Made by a program: the position numbers and the translations under genes. A DNA stretch of 64,000 nucleotides, taken from contig DATIOJ010000126.1 in NCBI GenBank assembly GCA_035473355.1, forward strand, positions 4,823-68,822. Direction: 5' to 3'. Shown in pieces: positions 38,048 through 47,624 of this stretch. Under the pieces are notes generated by a model. It saw nothing but the letters and a program-made list of their open reading frames with translations. It did not search any database and was not told the DNA's origin. This DNA comes from Candidatus Limnocylindrales bacterium. Lineage in GTDB: Bacteria > Chloroflexota > Dormibacteria > Dormibacterales > Dormibacteraceae. The stretch's first letter is position 1; each line of letters opens with the position of its first letter.

Positions 38048-38508
38048 GGCGCCATCGCGGCGTTGATCAGCTCACGGCTGGCCGCTTCCGAGTCACACTC
38101 GGTGACCAGGACCTCCACGATCCCCGGGCGGCCCCTGACCAGAGCCATCGCGCCATAGCGCAGCGCCTCAGTCTTGTGGTCGTTGTACCTGCCGACCACG
38201 AGCGCAGCAATCGGGTGGGAGTCGAGGCGTTCGACGAGTCCGGCCTCGGGCATGACGCCGACCAGCATCAGCGCCGTCGCAAGCCTGGTGTGGAGACTGC
38301 CGATCAGCACCTCGTCGCCGACGCCTCTCTTCAGGACCTGGCGGGTCGCAAAACCGATCAAGCCGCCCGACCGGAACTGCACGCCCTGGTGGATCCGGTA
38401 GCGGATGCGCGGCACGCCACCGGGCGCGACCGCGGTCGTCACGCCGTTGAAGCTGCCGGCAATCTCGAAGCCGGCGGGCACAACCGGAACGAACTCCTGG
38501 GCCGGCAT
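38038..38508 (-). CDS. Hypothetical protein (156 aa), divergent from TetR
   Basis: Single long ORF with GC3-rich codon usage and no recognisable motif. Convergent 10-nt overlap with the membrane gene. Confidence 0.5.
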   Translation of the reverse strand: MPAQEFVPVVPAGFEIAGSFNGVTTAVAPGGVPRIRYRIHQGVQFRSGGLIGFATRQVLKRGVGDEVLIGSLHTRLATALMLVGVMPEAGLVERLDSHPIAALVVGRYNDHKTEALRYGAMALVRGRPGIVEVLVTECDSEAASRELINAAMAPYL

Positions 38509-38552
38509 CGCGCGCCCAAGGCTACCGGGCGGGGCTACAGTGGCGACGAAGT

Positions 38553-38566
38553 ATACCGATCGGTAT
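38553..38566. promoter_or_regulatory. Perfect 14-bp palindrome, candidate TetR operator
   Basis: ATACCGATCGGTAT is AT-rich relative to its surroundings. It lies between the divergent starts at 38508 (-) and 38582 (+). Confidence 0.45.
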
Positions 38567-38581
38567 GTATACTACCCCGCG

Positions 38582-39154
38582 GTGACGGACCGGCCAAATG
38601 CGCACGACGCGTTGCTTGGGGCAGCAAGCGAGCTGACATACACGCACGGGATCACGGGCACGGGCGTGGACGCGATCGCCGCCCGAGCGGGGGTGACGAA
38701 GCGGACCCTGTACCAGCACTTCGGCTCCAAGGATCGGCTGGTCGCCGAGGCGCTCAGCGACCGCAGCCGACGAGCACTACTTAGCCTTGAGGCGAACGCG
38801 AGGCGCCGCGCCGAGGAGACCGGCGAGCTGGTGATCCTTGCGTTCTTCGATGTAATCGAGAACGCCCTCATCACCAGGACGCCGGCCGGATGCGCCTTCA
38901 TCAACGCATCGCTCGAAATCAACCGGCCAGGCCATCCTGTTCGTGAGGCCGCGCTGGCGCATCTGCGTGCTCGGGAAGGACTGGTTCACCAACTCCTCGT
39001 CGAGGCGGGCATGGATGACGCCGACCTGGCCGCCCAGGTGGCGCTGCTCGTCGACGGCGCGTACGCCGTTGGTGGGTCTCGCCGCGATCCGGCCGCCGCG
39101 CGTCATGCGAAAGCTGCCGTGGCTGCACTGCTCGCGGGCCGAGGCGTCGCATGA
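38582..39154 (+). CDS. TetR/AcrR family transcriptional regulator
   Basis: ALLGAASELTYTHGITGTGVDAIAARAGVTKRTLYQHFGSKDRL is the TetR_N HTH. I prefer GTG 38582 so the palindrome stays upstream. GTG 38540 is also in frame. Confidence 0.8.
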   Translation: MTDRPNAHDALLGAASELTYTHGITGTGVDAIAARAGVTKRTLYQHFGSKDRLVAEALSDRSRRALLSLEANARRRAEETGELVILAFFDVIENALITRTPAGCAFINASLEINRPGHPVREAALAHLRAREGLVHQLLVEAGMDDADLAAQVALLVDGAYAVGGSRRDPAAARHAKAAVAALLAGRGVA

Positions 39155-39990
39155 TGAAGCGGTCGGACTCGATCAGGTTTGGACCGAGTGCGCATGGGAT
39201 CGAACGCGCAGAGATCTACCTCTCCACATACGCATTCGAACCGCATCGGCACGACACCTACGCCATCGGCATTACGACAGCCGGCGTTCAAACGTTTCAC
39301 TACCGCGGCTCGCGTCGCATCTGCCTGCCGGGTCAGCTCCACGTCCTGCATCCTGATGAAGCGCACGACGGCGCAGCGGGAACTGACGGCGGGTTCGGCT
39401 ACCGGATTCTCTACATAGCGCCCGAACTCGTTCGTGACGCTTTGGCCGGTCGCGCGCTGCCGTTTGTCGCCGATCCCATCCAGCAGCTGGTGCCGGCAGT
39501 GAGACTGATCGCCTCCATGCTTTCCGATATCGACGAGCCGATCAATGAGCTCAGCTCCGCTGAGATCGCGGTGGCTGTTGCCGACGGCCTCGTTTCGTTA
39601 AGCGCCTACCCCGACCGCCGCGTGGCGGCGATCGACACCAAGGCGGTCGAGCTCGCGCGCGACTATCTTGCCGCCCACTCACGCGAGCAGACGTTGGCTT
39701 CGACGCTCGAAAAGGTCGCAGGTGCTGACCGCTTTACGATCGCTCGCCACTTCCGTTGGGCGTTTGGGACGAGCCCCGACCGATACCGCACGTTGCGCCG
39801 CCTAGCGCTGGCGCGGGCTGCCATAGAGAGCGGGCAATCACTTGCCCGAGCTGCTTACGAGGCCGGCTTCGCTGACCAAAGCCACATGACCCGTCAGTTC
39901 AAGCGAACCTACGGCCTGACGCCGGGTCGCTGGATGGCCCTGACAGCACACTCGTCGCCAGCGACTGGAGCGAGCGCCCCGAGCCAGTAG
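39151..39990 (+). CDS. AraC family transcriptional regulator (cupin-like N-domain + HTH_18)
   Basis: ...FEPHRHDTYAIG...LHVLHPDEAHDG is the cupin part. The C-terminal ...AGFADQSHMTRQFKRTYGLTPGRW is the HTH. ATGA overlap with tetR. Confidence 0.85.
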   Translation: MMKRSDSIRFGPSAHGIERAEIYLSTYAFEPHRHDTYAIGITTAGVQTFHYRGSRRICLPGQLHVLHPDEAHDGAAGTDGGFGYRILYIAPELVRDALAGRALPFVADPIQQLVPAVRLIASMLSDIDEPINELSSAEIAVAVADGLVSLSAYPDRRVAAIDTKAVELARDYLAAHSREQTLASTLEKVAGADRFTIARHFRWAFGTSPDRYRTLRRLALARAAIESGQSLARAAYEAGFADQSHMTRQFKRTYGLTPGRWMALTAHSSPATGASAPSQ

Positions 39991-40149
39991 GCGGCCAAAA
40001 GCGTTCCGGCGCCGTGCCCGTGTCTCGGTTGAGCGGTGCGGGTGACCCCGCCGGTCGCAGGATCTTTCAAGACGGTCGTGACGTCAGTTCCTACTGTCTG
40101 TGTCAGTGGCGGCGTGGACCGCGCATCGTGGTTTCAAGGGAGAAGAAAC

Positions 40150-40614
40150 ATGTCCAAGGTTGAGGAACGTCTCGCCGCGCTGGGTCACCAGCTGTGGGTG
40201 CCGGGCGCGCCCGTTGCCAATTTCGTGAACGCGGTGCGGACCGGCAACCTCGTCTACCTCGCCGGCCAGGGTCCGAGACGCCAGGACGGCCGGTATGACT
40301 TTATCGGCAAGGTGGGAGAGGCCATCGATCTGGCGACCGCCCAGAAGTCGGCGGAGCTCGTGATGCTCAACTGCCTCTGCGCGCTCAAACAGGAGATCGG
40401 TGACCTCGACCGCGTCACGCGCGTGGTCAAGCTGCTTGGCATGGTCAACTGCACGCCGGACTTCACAGACCAGCCGAAGGTCATCAACGCAGCCTCGGAC
40501 CTGCTCGTGGCCGCATTTGGCGAGGCAGGGCGCCACGCCCGCTCGGCGGTGGGCGTGGGTTCGCTGCCCCTCGGCTTCTCCGTCGAGATCGAGATGATCG
40601 TCGAGGTCGCGTAG
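40150..40614 (+). CDS. RidA/YjgF-like family protein (second paralogue)
   Basis: 154 aa. ...GNLVYLAGQGP...IGKVG...DLATAQKSAELVMLNCL...ARSAVGV.SLPLGFSVEIEMIVE. GGGAGAAG lies upstream of ATG 40150. Confidence 0.8.
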   Translation: MSKVEERLAALGHQLWVPGAPVANFVNAVRTGNLVYLAGQGPRRQDGRYDFIGKVGEAIDLATAQKSAELVMLNCLCALKQEIGDLDRVTRVVKLLGMVNCTPDFTDQPKVINAASDLLVAAFGEAGRHARSAVGVGSLPLGFSVEIEMIVEVA

Positions 40615-40666
40615 TCAGGTGGCGCACGTGCGGGCCGGGGCTCATAGAGCCGATCAGCCCGTTATT

Positions 40667-41950
40667 TCACGCGGCCTCCGGCGACGACGCGAGACCTGAC
40701 TGGGCTTCTCGGAGCGGGTCGGGAATGCGGCCGCCGAGTCGCAGCAGAACGGCTCCGGCCAGCAGGGCGGCAAGCGCGCCACCCCACCAGATGGCGTCTG
40801 GCGCGGTCTGGAGCAGAAGGCCACCAATCGCCGGGCCGACGGCCAGGGAGATGCTGAAGGTCAGAGTGTAGAGAGACAGGTAGCGGCCGAGCAGATGAGG
40901 CGGAGCCATGTCCGCGACCAGTGGGCCGAGAACGAGAATGTGTACGACTTCCCCGATTGCGAAGACGATCGCAACGGCGGCAAGCAGACTGGTCGCAGCG
41001 AGCTCCGAGGGTATGAGCGTCGCCGGCAGCACCCCGAGCAGGCCGACCGCAAAAAGCGCGCTCGTCACCGCGAAAGCGTATGTGCGTCGCATCCGAGCCA
41101 CCACGCGCACGGCCGGGATCTGCGCGATGACGACGACGGACGTGTTGACTAGAACGAGGATCCCGATCGCGGCGGGGCCGAGCGCTGTGTGGGCAATGGC
41201 GAATGGCGGCAGGATTAGGGAGAAGAACGTATGGCCGACGACGGTCAGCACGATATTGGCTGCGATCACAGTGAGGAAGAGCCGATCTCGAGCGACGGCG
41301 CGAAATCCGGTTCGGTTGGCTTCTGCCGCCGTGACGGCCTCGGCTCGCGGGCTCGGTACGGCAGCGAGAACGATCATCGCGAATCCGGCGTAGGTGGCGG
41401 CGTCGCCGAGATAGAGCGTTTGGAACGAGCTGAGCTGCTGTGCGGACGCAACGATGAATCCGGCCACGGTCGCGCCGGAGCCGATTCCGAAGTTGCCGGC
41501 GACGCGATTGAGCGCGAAGGCGGCCACTCGCTGCTCGCGCGTGACCAACCTGACGGTCAATGTCCGGGTCGCCGTCCCCGAGGCTCCGAATCCGGCTCCG
41601 CTGACAATCGAGCAGGCAAACGCCTGCCAGGGATGGTCTATGTAGGCGAAGCCCGCGTAGCCTAAGGCGCTCGCGAGGCTTCCTCCGACCAGGATCGCTT
41701 TGGCAGAGTGCCTATCGAGCAGCGCTCCCGTCGGCGGCGTGACGATTGTGGCCGTCACCATAGTCATCGCCAGAATCAGCCCGGCTAGCGACGTTGAAAA
41801 GCCACGAATCTGGTGCAGGTAGATGATCTCAAAGGGAAGAAGGAGCCCGTAACCGAAGTAGTTGAGGGCGTTTCCCGCTTGAAGGATCAGCACGGGGCGA
41901 TCGAGCCCTGTGCGCCAACCCGCGATGAGGTGTGAGACGCGGCGGTTCAT
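40667..41950 (-). CDS. MFS transporter
   Basis: About 12 TM helices with an MFS-type loop 2-3. The start is trimmed to ATG 41950 (MNRRVSHL...). Confidence 0.8.
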   Translation of the reverse strand: MNRRVSHLIAGWRTGLDRPVLILQAGNALNYFGYGLLLPFEIIYLHQIRGFSTSLAGLILAMTMVTATIVTPPTGALLDRHSAKAILVGGSLASALGYAGFAYIDHPWQAFACSIVSGAGFGASGTATRTLTVRLVTREQRVAAFALNRVAGNFGIGSGATVAGFIVASAQQLSSFQTLYLGDAATYAGFAMIVLAAVPSPRAEAVTAAEANRTGFRAVARDRLFLTVIAANIVLTVVGHTFFSLILPPFAIAHTALGPAAIGILVLVNTSVVVIAQIPAVRVVARMRRTYAFAVTSALFAVGLLGVLPATLIPSELAATSLLAAVAIVFAIGEVVHILVLGPLVADMAPPHLLGRYLSLYTLTFSISLAVGPAIGGLLLQTAPDAIWWGGALAALLAGAVLLRLGGRIPDPLREAQSGLASSPEAA

Positions 41951-42232
41951 CCGCCTAAAGGCCTCGCGAAGAGGCGGCGTCCCTTTTCGAAGCCAGCGAG
42001 ATTGAGTTCCGATAACAAGGCCACCGACGCATGCGAGAGACGCTAGGAGTCGACGATGCCAACCGTCTTGAACGATCGTGCAACCGGTGGTATCGGTGGG
42101 TTCGACCATGATCGAGTCCGGCGACAGTCCCTGCGCAGACGATCAGGTGTCAGATCGGCTGCCAAATAGACCGTCCACTGGTTGCGCTCGCAACGATCGC
42201 GGCTCGCGGGACGCGACTTCGAATACGGAATT

Positions 42233-42308
<76 letters not shown>

Positions 42309-42414
42309 ACGTCGCGCGAGCTGACGGACTAAAAGGATACCGTCCACACCTCTGCCGCCTGGCCGCAACGGATGTGGGCCGCCGCTACCATCTCCCATTG
42401 ACCCCCAACACGAC

Positions 42415-43095
42415 ATGCAAACGCGCGAAATCACGACCAGCGAGCTGAAGGGCGGTGGATTCCTCGCCCTTCCCGACGGAAGCGGGCCCCATCCCGGAGT
42501 AGTCGTCATCCACGAGGCGTACGGCCTCAACGACAACATCCGGGACATCACCGGGCGGTTTGCGGGCGCCGGCTACGCCGCCCTGGCGGTCGATCTGTTC
42601 AGCGATCGCATCCGGGCCGTCTGCATGACCCGCTACATGGCCGGGCTGCTGATGGGCTCGGTCAACCGGTACGGGATCAGCGACCTCAAGAGCGGGCTCA
42701 CGTACCTCGCCAAGCGCAACGACGTCGACGCCCAGCGTCTCGGCGCGATCGGCTTCTGCATGGGCGGCAGTTTCGCAATCGCCTGGGCATGCACCGATGC
42801 GCGCCTCAAAGCGATCGCCCCGTTCTATGCAGCCAACCCTCGGCCGATCGACGTGGTGAGCCGTCTGTGCCCGGTTGTCGGCTCCTACCCGGAGCAGGAT
42901 TTCACGGCGCGTGCGGGGCGCAACCTGGACCAGGCGCTGACTCGCCATGGCATCAAGCACGACATCAAGGTCTATCCAGGCGCCCGCCACTCCTTCTTCA
43001 ACGACAAGGGGGCGGCGCATGACAAGGACTCCGCCGATGACGCCTGGACGCGCGTCCTGACGTTTTTTGGGGAGCAGATCGGCCCGAGGAGTTAA
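42415..43095 (+). CDS. Dienelactone hydrolase family protein
   Basis: ...GVVVIHEAYGLNDNIRDI..RFA.AGYAALAVDLF... with nucleophile segment GFCMGG and a late ...YPGARHSFFND. Confidence 0.85.
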   Translation: MQTREITTSELKGGGFLALPDGSGPHPGVVVIHEAYGLNDNIRDITGRFAGAGYAALAVDLFSDRIRAVCMTRYMAGLLMGSVNRYGISDLKSGLTYLAKRNDVDAQRLGAIGFCMGGSFAIAWACTDARLKAIAPFYAANPRPIDVVSRLCPVVGSYPEQDFTARAGRNLDQALTRHGIKHDIKVYPGARHSFFNDKGAAHDKDSADDAWTRVLTFFGEQIGPRS

Positions 43096-43103
43096 CTCTT
43101 GCC

Positions 43104-43877
43104 ATGAATGTGCTGGTCACGGGCGGTACTGGCACCCTCGGGCGCCACGTGGTCATGCGCCTCCGCCAGTCGGGACATCGTGCGCGCATCCTCAGCAGGC
43201 AGCCGCGCGGCCATGTCGACGCGGTGCAGGGCGACCTGAAGACCGGCGCCGGCCTGGAGAAGGCAGTGGCCGGGATGGACGCGATCGTTCACGCGGCGAC
43301 GGGTGCGCGGCAGTCGCTGACCAGCCGCCGCGTCGACGTGGGCGGAACCCGGCGCCTCATCAAGGTCGCGAGGAAGGCGGGCATCAATCACATCGTCTAC
43401 GTGTCGATCGTCGGCATCGACGGAGCTGCCTATCCCTACTACCGAACCAAGGTTGCGGCGGAATCCATCGTCCGCGAGAGCGCGATCCCCTGGTCCATCC
43501 TCCGGGCCACTCAGTTCCACGAGCTGATCGAGGTCTTTCTCCGCGGCTTCTCGCGGTTGCCCGGCGTGGTCGCCCTCCCCCTGGCGTGGCAGTTTCAGTG
43601 CGTCGAGGCCAGGGAAGTCGCGCGCCGCGTCGTCGATGGTGTGCTGGCAGAGCCGGCGGGGCTGCTTGCCGATTTCGGCGGCCCCGAGGTCCGCACCTTC
43701 ACGAGCCTGGCCGAAGCATGGCTCAACGCGCGCAAGGACACGCGGCGCATCGTCAACCTCCCGCTGCCCTTCAAGTTCAGTCGCCAGATCGCAGAGGGCA
43801 AGCTCATCACCCCCGACCACAAGGAGGGCACAGTGACCTTCGAGGAGTATCTCGCCGACAGGTACCCGCTCTCGTGA
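43104..43877 (+). CDS. NAD(P)H-binding atypical SDR (NmrA-like)
   Basis: MNVLVTGGTGTLGRHVV is a Rossmann motif, followed by ...YYRTK.... Confidence 0.85.
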   Translation: MNVLVTGGTGTLGRHVVMRLRQSGHRARILSRQPRGHVDAVQGDLKTGAGLEKAVAGMDAIVHAATGARQSLTSRRVDVGGTRRLIKVARKAGINHIVYVSIVGIDGAAYPYYRTKVAAESIVRESAIPWSILRATQFHELIEVFLRGFSRLPGVVALPLAWQFQCVEAREVARRVVDGVLAEPAGLLADFGGPEVRTFTSLAEAWLNARKDTRRIVNLPLPFKFSRQIAEGKLITPDHKEGTVTFEEYLADRYPLS

Positions 43878-44359
43878 CGCGGCTGGTCGACCGCTTCGGC
43901 CGGACGGGCTTTGCCGCCCTCTCGAGCCTCATGTGGGCCTTGCCCATGGCCGCGTGGGCCGGCTCGGCCGACCTCTCGCCGATCGACAAGACCGCGTACC
44001 CGTGGGTGGCGGTGGCCATCGGCCTCGTGATGCTGGTCGTCTGGATCGGGCTCCTGACCAGGCTGCCCCGGATCAAGGTCACGCCGCGCGAGCGCCGGTT
44101 CGACCTCGGTCAGATGTCGCGGGCCGAGAGGCGCTGGACGCTGGCCGCGTTCGTCTTCGCGACCGGGCTGATCGCGTGGTTGAACGCCGCGGCGACGGTT
44201 GACTGGGCGCCGCTGGCGTCCGCCATAGGCTCCGGCAAGGCCGGCCCGACTGTGCTCGCCGCCGGCCTTTTCGCGTTCCTGGCCGCCATGCTGGTCGGGA
44301 TCACCTTCAGCTGGCGAAAGGCTTCATCCGCGTTTCGGGAGCGAAAGCTCCGCGCCTAG
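43874..44359 (+). CDS. Hypothetical membrane protein (about 4 TM helices)
   Basis: The GTG overlaps the upstream stop (GTGA). Only the last 161 aa of the 430-aa ORF are plausible coding sequence. Confidence 0.5.
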   Translation: MTRLVDRFGRTGFAALSSLMWALPMAAWAGSADLSPIDKTAYPWVAVAIGLVMLVVWIGLLTRLPRIKVTPRERRFDLGQMSRAERRWTLAAFVFATGLIAWLNAAATVDWAPLASAIGSGKAGPTVLAAGLFAFLAAMLVGITFSWRKASSAFRERKLRA

Positions 44360-44778
44360 CTCGACTCCGCCTTGCGGGCCAGGTTGCCGAGCAGGGTGCC
44401 GAACTCCCTGGAGACCTGGGGGCCCAGCATGCCGCCCATCACCGGGCCCAGCAGACCACCCACCTCGACCGTCTGGCTGACTTTGGTCTTGCCGCCGGCC
44501 GGCTCGATGCGACAGTTGAATCGGAATCGGGTGCCCGGCACGACGCTCGTGAGGAGGGCAAAGCCCTGCCCGGGCTGCACGTCCACCAGTTGCATCTTGT
44601 GGTGCTGGCCGGCCTTCGTGTTCATGACGCCGGTCGATCCGGAGACGAACCCGCCGGACCAGTCCATGGTCGACACGTTCGGGTTCCATTCGCCCCAAGT
44701 CGACATGTCGGACCAGATGCGCCAGACCTTCTCCGACGTGGCCGTGGTTTCGACCGATGTTCCGTATTCTCGTGCCAT
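44356..44778 (-). CDS. SRPBCC family protein (polyketide cyclase/dehydrase-like)
   Basis: 140 aa. ...TSEKVWRIWSDMSTWGEWNP... matches START/Bet v1-like signatures. Confidence 0.8.
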   Translation of the reverse strand: MAREYGTSVETTATSEKVWRIWSDMSTWGEWNPNVSTMDWSGGFVSGSTGVMNTKAGQHHKMQLVDVQPGQGFALLTSVVPGTRFRFNCRIEPAGGKTKVSQTVEVGGLLGPVMGGMLGPQVSREFGTLLGNLARKAESS

Positions 44779-44781
44779 CTT

Positions 44782-45780
44782 TCAGCCCTCCGCGAGCTTC
44801 AGCGTGCTCGACTGCCCGACTTCCGCCGCTTTGTCCTTGTTCAGGTTCAGCACGACGATGACCGCGATCAACAGCGCGGTGCCTATGAGCTGGACTGGGT
44901 ACACGGGGAGGTTGAATCCCCACGGCGGCGGCGCCGACGCGATCAACGTCGCGGCGACAGGGTAAGCCATCTCGGCGATAGTCGCCAGTGACGCAGGTGT
45001 TCGGGACAGTGCGCGGTAGTAAAGGAGGAGCGCAAGCAAGCCCGGGATGAGCGCGATGCCGAGCAGGTTGGGCACGAAGTCGCCGACCGTGTAGTGGCTG
45101 AAGGCCGAGAAACCACCCTGGAAGAGGTTGATCACGAGCAGCACCGGCAGCGCAAGGGTGAAGCGCAGCGAGGTCATGCTCCAGAAGCTGATCGATCCCA
45201 GCGCGAACCGCCCCAGCACCGTGCCGCTGGCCCAGAAGAAAGCCGCACCGAGGGCCAGGAGGCCCACCTCGACCCGGCCGTTCTGCAGGGCTTTCAGCGG
45301 GGCCGTCAGGTCCGGGCCGTTGAAGACGAAATAGACCGCGACCACAGCCACTGCAACCGCACCCCAGAACCACGGCCGTCGCCGTTCACCGAGCACGACC
45401 CACGCCAGCAGCATCGCGATCAGCGGCTGGGTCTGCTGGAGCACGTAGGTTTCGGCGAGTACCCCATGCTTCAGGGCCGCCTGGAACGAAGCCGTGAAGA
45501 GGATCGTCGCCAGGGACTGCGCTCCGACGGCGATGAGGCCGACCGCCAACCAGCCCCGGGGACCAAGCTTGCGCAGCTCGCCGAAGCTCCGGACGAGGAC
45601 GGGAAGCAGGAAGAGCGTGATGAGTGCGTCTTCCGCCACCACGATCTGGGTCGGGCTCAGGTGGGATAGCTGGCTTCGGAAGTAGGCGTCCGAGGCCCAC
45701 ATCGTGGCGGCGACCGCGACGAGGATGACGGAAAAGCGGTCGACGCTCAGGCCGGAGCCGGCGGTGGTGGAGCGTGCCAT
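44782..45780 (-). CDS. EamA/DMT family transporter
   Basis: 332 aa with 10 TM helices arranged as two EamA repeats. Confidence 0.8.
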   Translation of the reverse strand: MARSTTAGSGLSVDRFSVILVAVAATMWASDAYFRSQLSHLSPTQIVVAEDALITLFLLPVLVRSFGELRKLGPRGWLAVGLIAVGAQSLATILFTASFQAALKHGVLAETYVLQQTQPLIAMLLAWVVLGERRRPWFWGAVAVAVVAVYFVFNGPDLTAPLKALQNGRVEVGLLALGAAFFWASGTVLGRFALGSISFWSMTSLRFTLALPVLLVINLFQGGFSAFSHYTVGDFVPNLLGIALIPGLLALLLYYRALSRTPASLATIAEMAYPVAATLIASAPPPWGFNLPVYPVQLIGTALLIAVIVVLNLNKDKAAEVGQSSTLKLAEG

Positions 45781-45836
45781 CGGTGTCCATTGAACGTCAT
45801 TTGCAAGCCCGGGCTTCCACGCGCGGGGGAACGGGA

Positions 45837-47483
45837 CTAGGCGAGAACCTCGTCTCCCGCGACCTCGGCCTCGAGTGTGACGTCCGGGTGCTGTACGACG
45901 TACACCTCCTCGGGCCGGTCGTGACCTTCGAGGCGACGCTTGCCGACCGAGACGAGGCGGATGTCGTCGCGCAGGATGTCGGCGACGATCGTGTAGGTCG
46001 ACTCCGAGACCAGCACCTGGTTGCCGACCGCGCGCCGGCGAAGCTTGGCGCAGCGATTGACCGCGGGCGAACGGTAGTCGCGATCCTGCGCGTCGGCCTC
46101 ACCTGTGAGGACCGCCATCCGGACCGAGAGCGAGATACGGTCCGGCCATGGCTCGGACTGGACCGCGCGCTGGGCGTCGACCGACGCCACCACGGCGTCG
46201 GTGGCCCGCAGAAACACCGCAAAGAAGGAATCCCCTTCGCCTCTCTCCTTCAAGACGATGCCTCCGTTGGCCTCGACGGCCGCGGTCAACAGCTGGTCGT
46301 GGCGCCGCATCGCCTGGTACATCGAGGCCCGGCTCTGAATCCAGAGCGGGGTCGATTCGACCACGTCGGTCATCAGGAAGGTGACGATGCCGTCGGGCAG
46401 AGCTGCGCCCGCCTCGACCTTGAAGGCCGTGCCGCCCGGGGAGGTGGTGGTCGCGCCTTCGGCAGCCGCGCGCGGAGTCAGCGTCGCCTGGATCGCGAGG
46501 AAGTCGTCGATGGCGTGGACGCGGCGGAAGAAGTGCACGTTGTAAGACGGCAGGAAGCTCCAGGCGCTCGATTCGTCGGGCTCGAAGTCGACCTCCCGAC
46601 ACACGTCCGCGCACTGGACGAGAAGGCGGCCGAGCTTGGTCGCGGCCAGGGCGTCGAGGTGCAGCGACTCGGCGACCTCCGCGCTTGTAACGCGGCGGTC
46701 GCCCTGGTCGGCCGACACCGCGAGCTGGACCAGGCGCACGAAGTTCTCGAGGTCGGGTTGGGCGTCTGCGTAGCGCTGCAGCTGCTCGATCGAAAGACGT
46801 ACCGGAAGGCTGTCAAGGGGCGACCCGTTGGAGCCGTTTGTCCCGTTGGCGTCGCCGGCGCCGCCTCGGGATTCGGCCTCGGCTTTCGCCTCGAACCGCG
46901 CGACGACGCTCTCGAAGCTGTCGGCGACCGCGAGGTCGCGCGCCACGCGGCGGTAGACCTCGCCTGCTGAAGCCCACTTGCCGGTCGTGACGAAAAAGGC
47001 CGCTGCGGAGTGCTCGTACAGCCAGTGCGAGCCGGCCAGCATCAGGTCGACGTTGAGTGCGACCTGGAGGAAATCGACCGCGGTCCTGTACATCTCGGTG
47101 ACGAGGACGAGCGCCTCGGCGTCGACGACCCGGATGTCGCGGTCGAGCCCCGCGTCGGCGTTGTGGTGCGAGGCGCCGTCGGCATAAGAGAAGAGCTCGA
47201 CCGAGACGAAGTCACCGTGATTGCGCAGGCGCACGCGCGACTGTGACACGCGGGGACCAGGCCCGGCGATGTCCGGTGAATCGACCACGTGGACGTGGCC
47301 GCCCGGTCCCCACGCGCGCTGGATCTGGGGCCTCAGGTTCGAGACCAGGCCGTAGAACCGCTGGATGAAGACGAGCGCCTCGCGCCCGCGACCGGCATCA
47401 AACGCGTCCTGCCGCACCGCGCGGAGGTCCTCCTCCCAGGCCGCGATGAGCGCGCCCCTCAAGCCGACTATGCCTGGCAGCAT
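45837..47483 (-). CDS. Class III adenylate cyclase with ~363-aa unassigned N-terminal region
   Basis: The C-terminal CHD has IVTFLMTDVVEST (metal Asp), LKERGEGDSFFAVF (Lys + second Asp) and ...DYRSPAVNRCAKLRR (Asp/Asn/Arg). ATG 47483 is preceded by GGAAGGAAAGG. The 683-aa ORF is over-extended. Confidence 0.75.
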   Translation of the reverse strand: MLPGIVGLRGALIAAWEEDLRAVRQDAFDAGRGREALVFIQRFYGLVSNLRPQIQRAWGPGGHVHVVDSPDIAGPGPRVSQSRVRLRNHGDFVSVELFSYADGASHHNADAGLDRDIRVVDAEALVLVTEMYRTAVDFLQVALNVDLMLAGSHWLYEHSAAAFFVTTGKWASAGEVYRRVARDLAVADSFESVVARFEAKAEAESRGGAGDANGTNGSNGSPLDSLPVRLSIEQLQRYADAQPDLENFVRLVQLAVSADQGDRRVTSAEVAESLHLDALAATKLGRLLVQCADVCREVDFEPDESSAWSFLPSYNVHFFRRVHAIDDFLAIQATLTPRAAAEGATTTSPGGTAFKVEAGAALPDGIVTFLMTDVVESTPLWIQSRASMYQAMRRHDQLLTAAVEANGGIVLKERGEGDSFFAVFLRATDAVVASVDAQRAVQSEPWPDRISLSVRMAVLTGEADAQDRDYRSPAVNRCAKLRRRAVGNQVLVSESTYTIVADILRDDIRLVSVGKRRLEGHDRPEEVYVVQHPDVTLEAEVAGDEVLA

Positions 47484-47624
47484 CCCCTTTCCTTCCGTTG
47501 CTACAGGACGCTTCGGAGTCTCCCCGGACGTCCCAGCCTGGCAGGGAAGGGTAGCCGCTGCCGGCGCGATTTCAGCCTCGTTGGCGAATTGAAGGGGGCA
47601 CCGGGATCGGAATAGGATGGCCGG

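Noticed and set aside
44782-47483. Pycsar/CBASS-like cyclase-effector defence pair (cyclase followed by a membrane protein)
   Set aside because: The cyclase keeps the purine (adenine) Lys/Asp specificity pair. The downstream membrane protein is a 10-TM EamA transporter without a cyclic-nucleotide-binding domain. No other defence genes are nearby.
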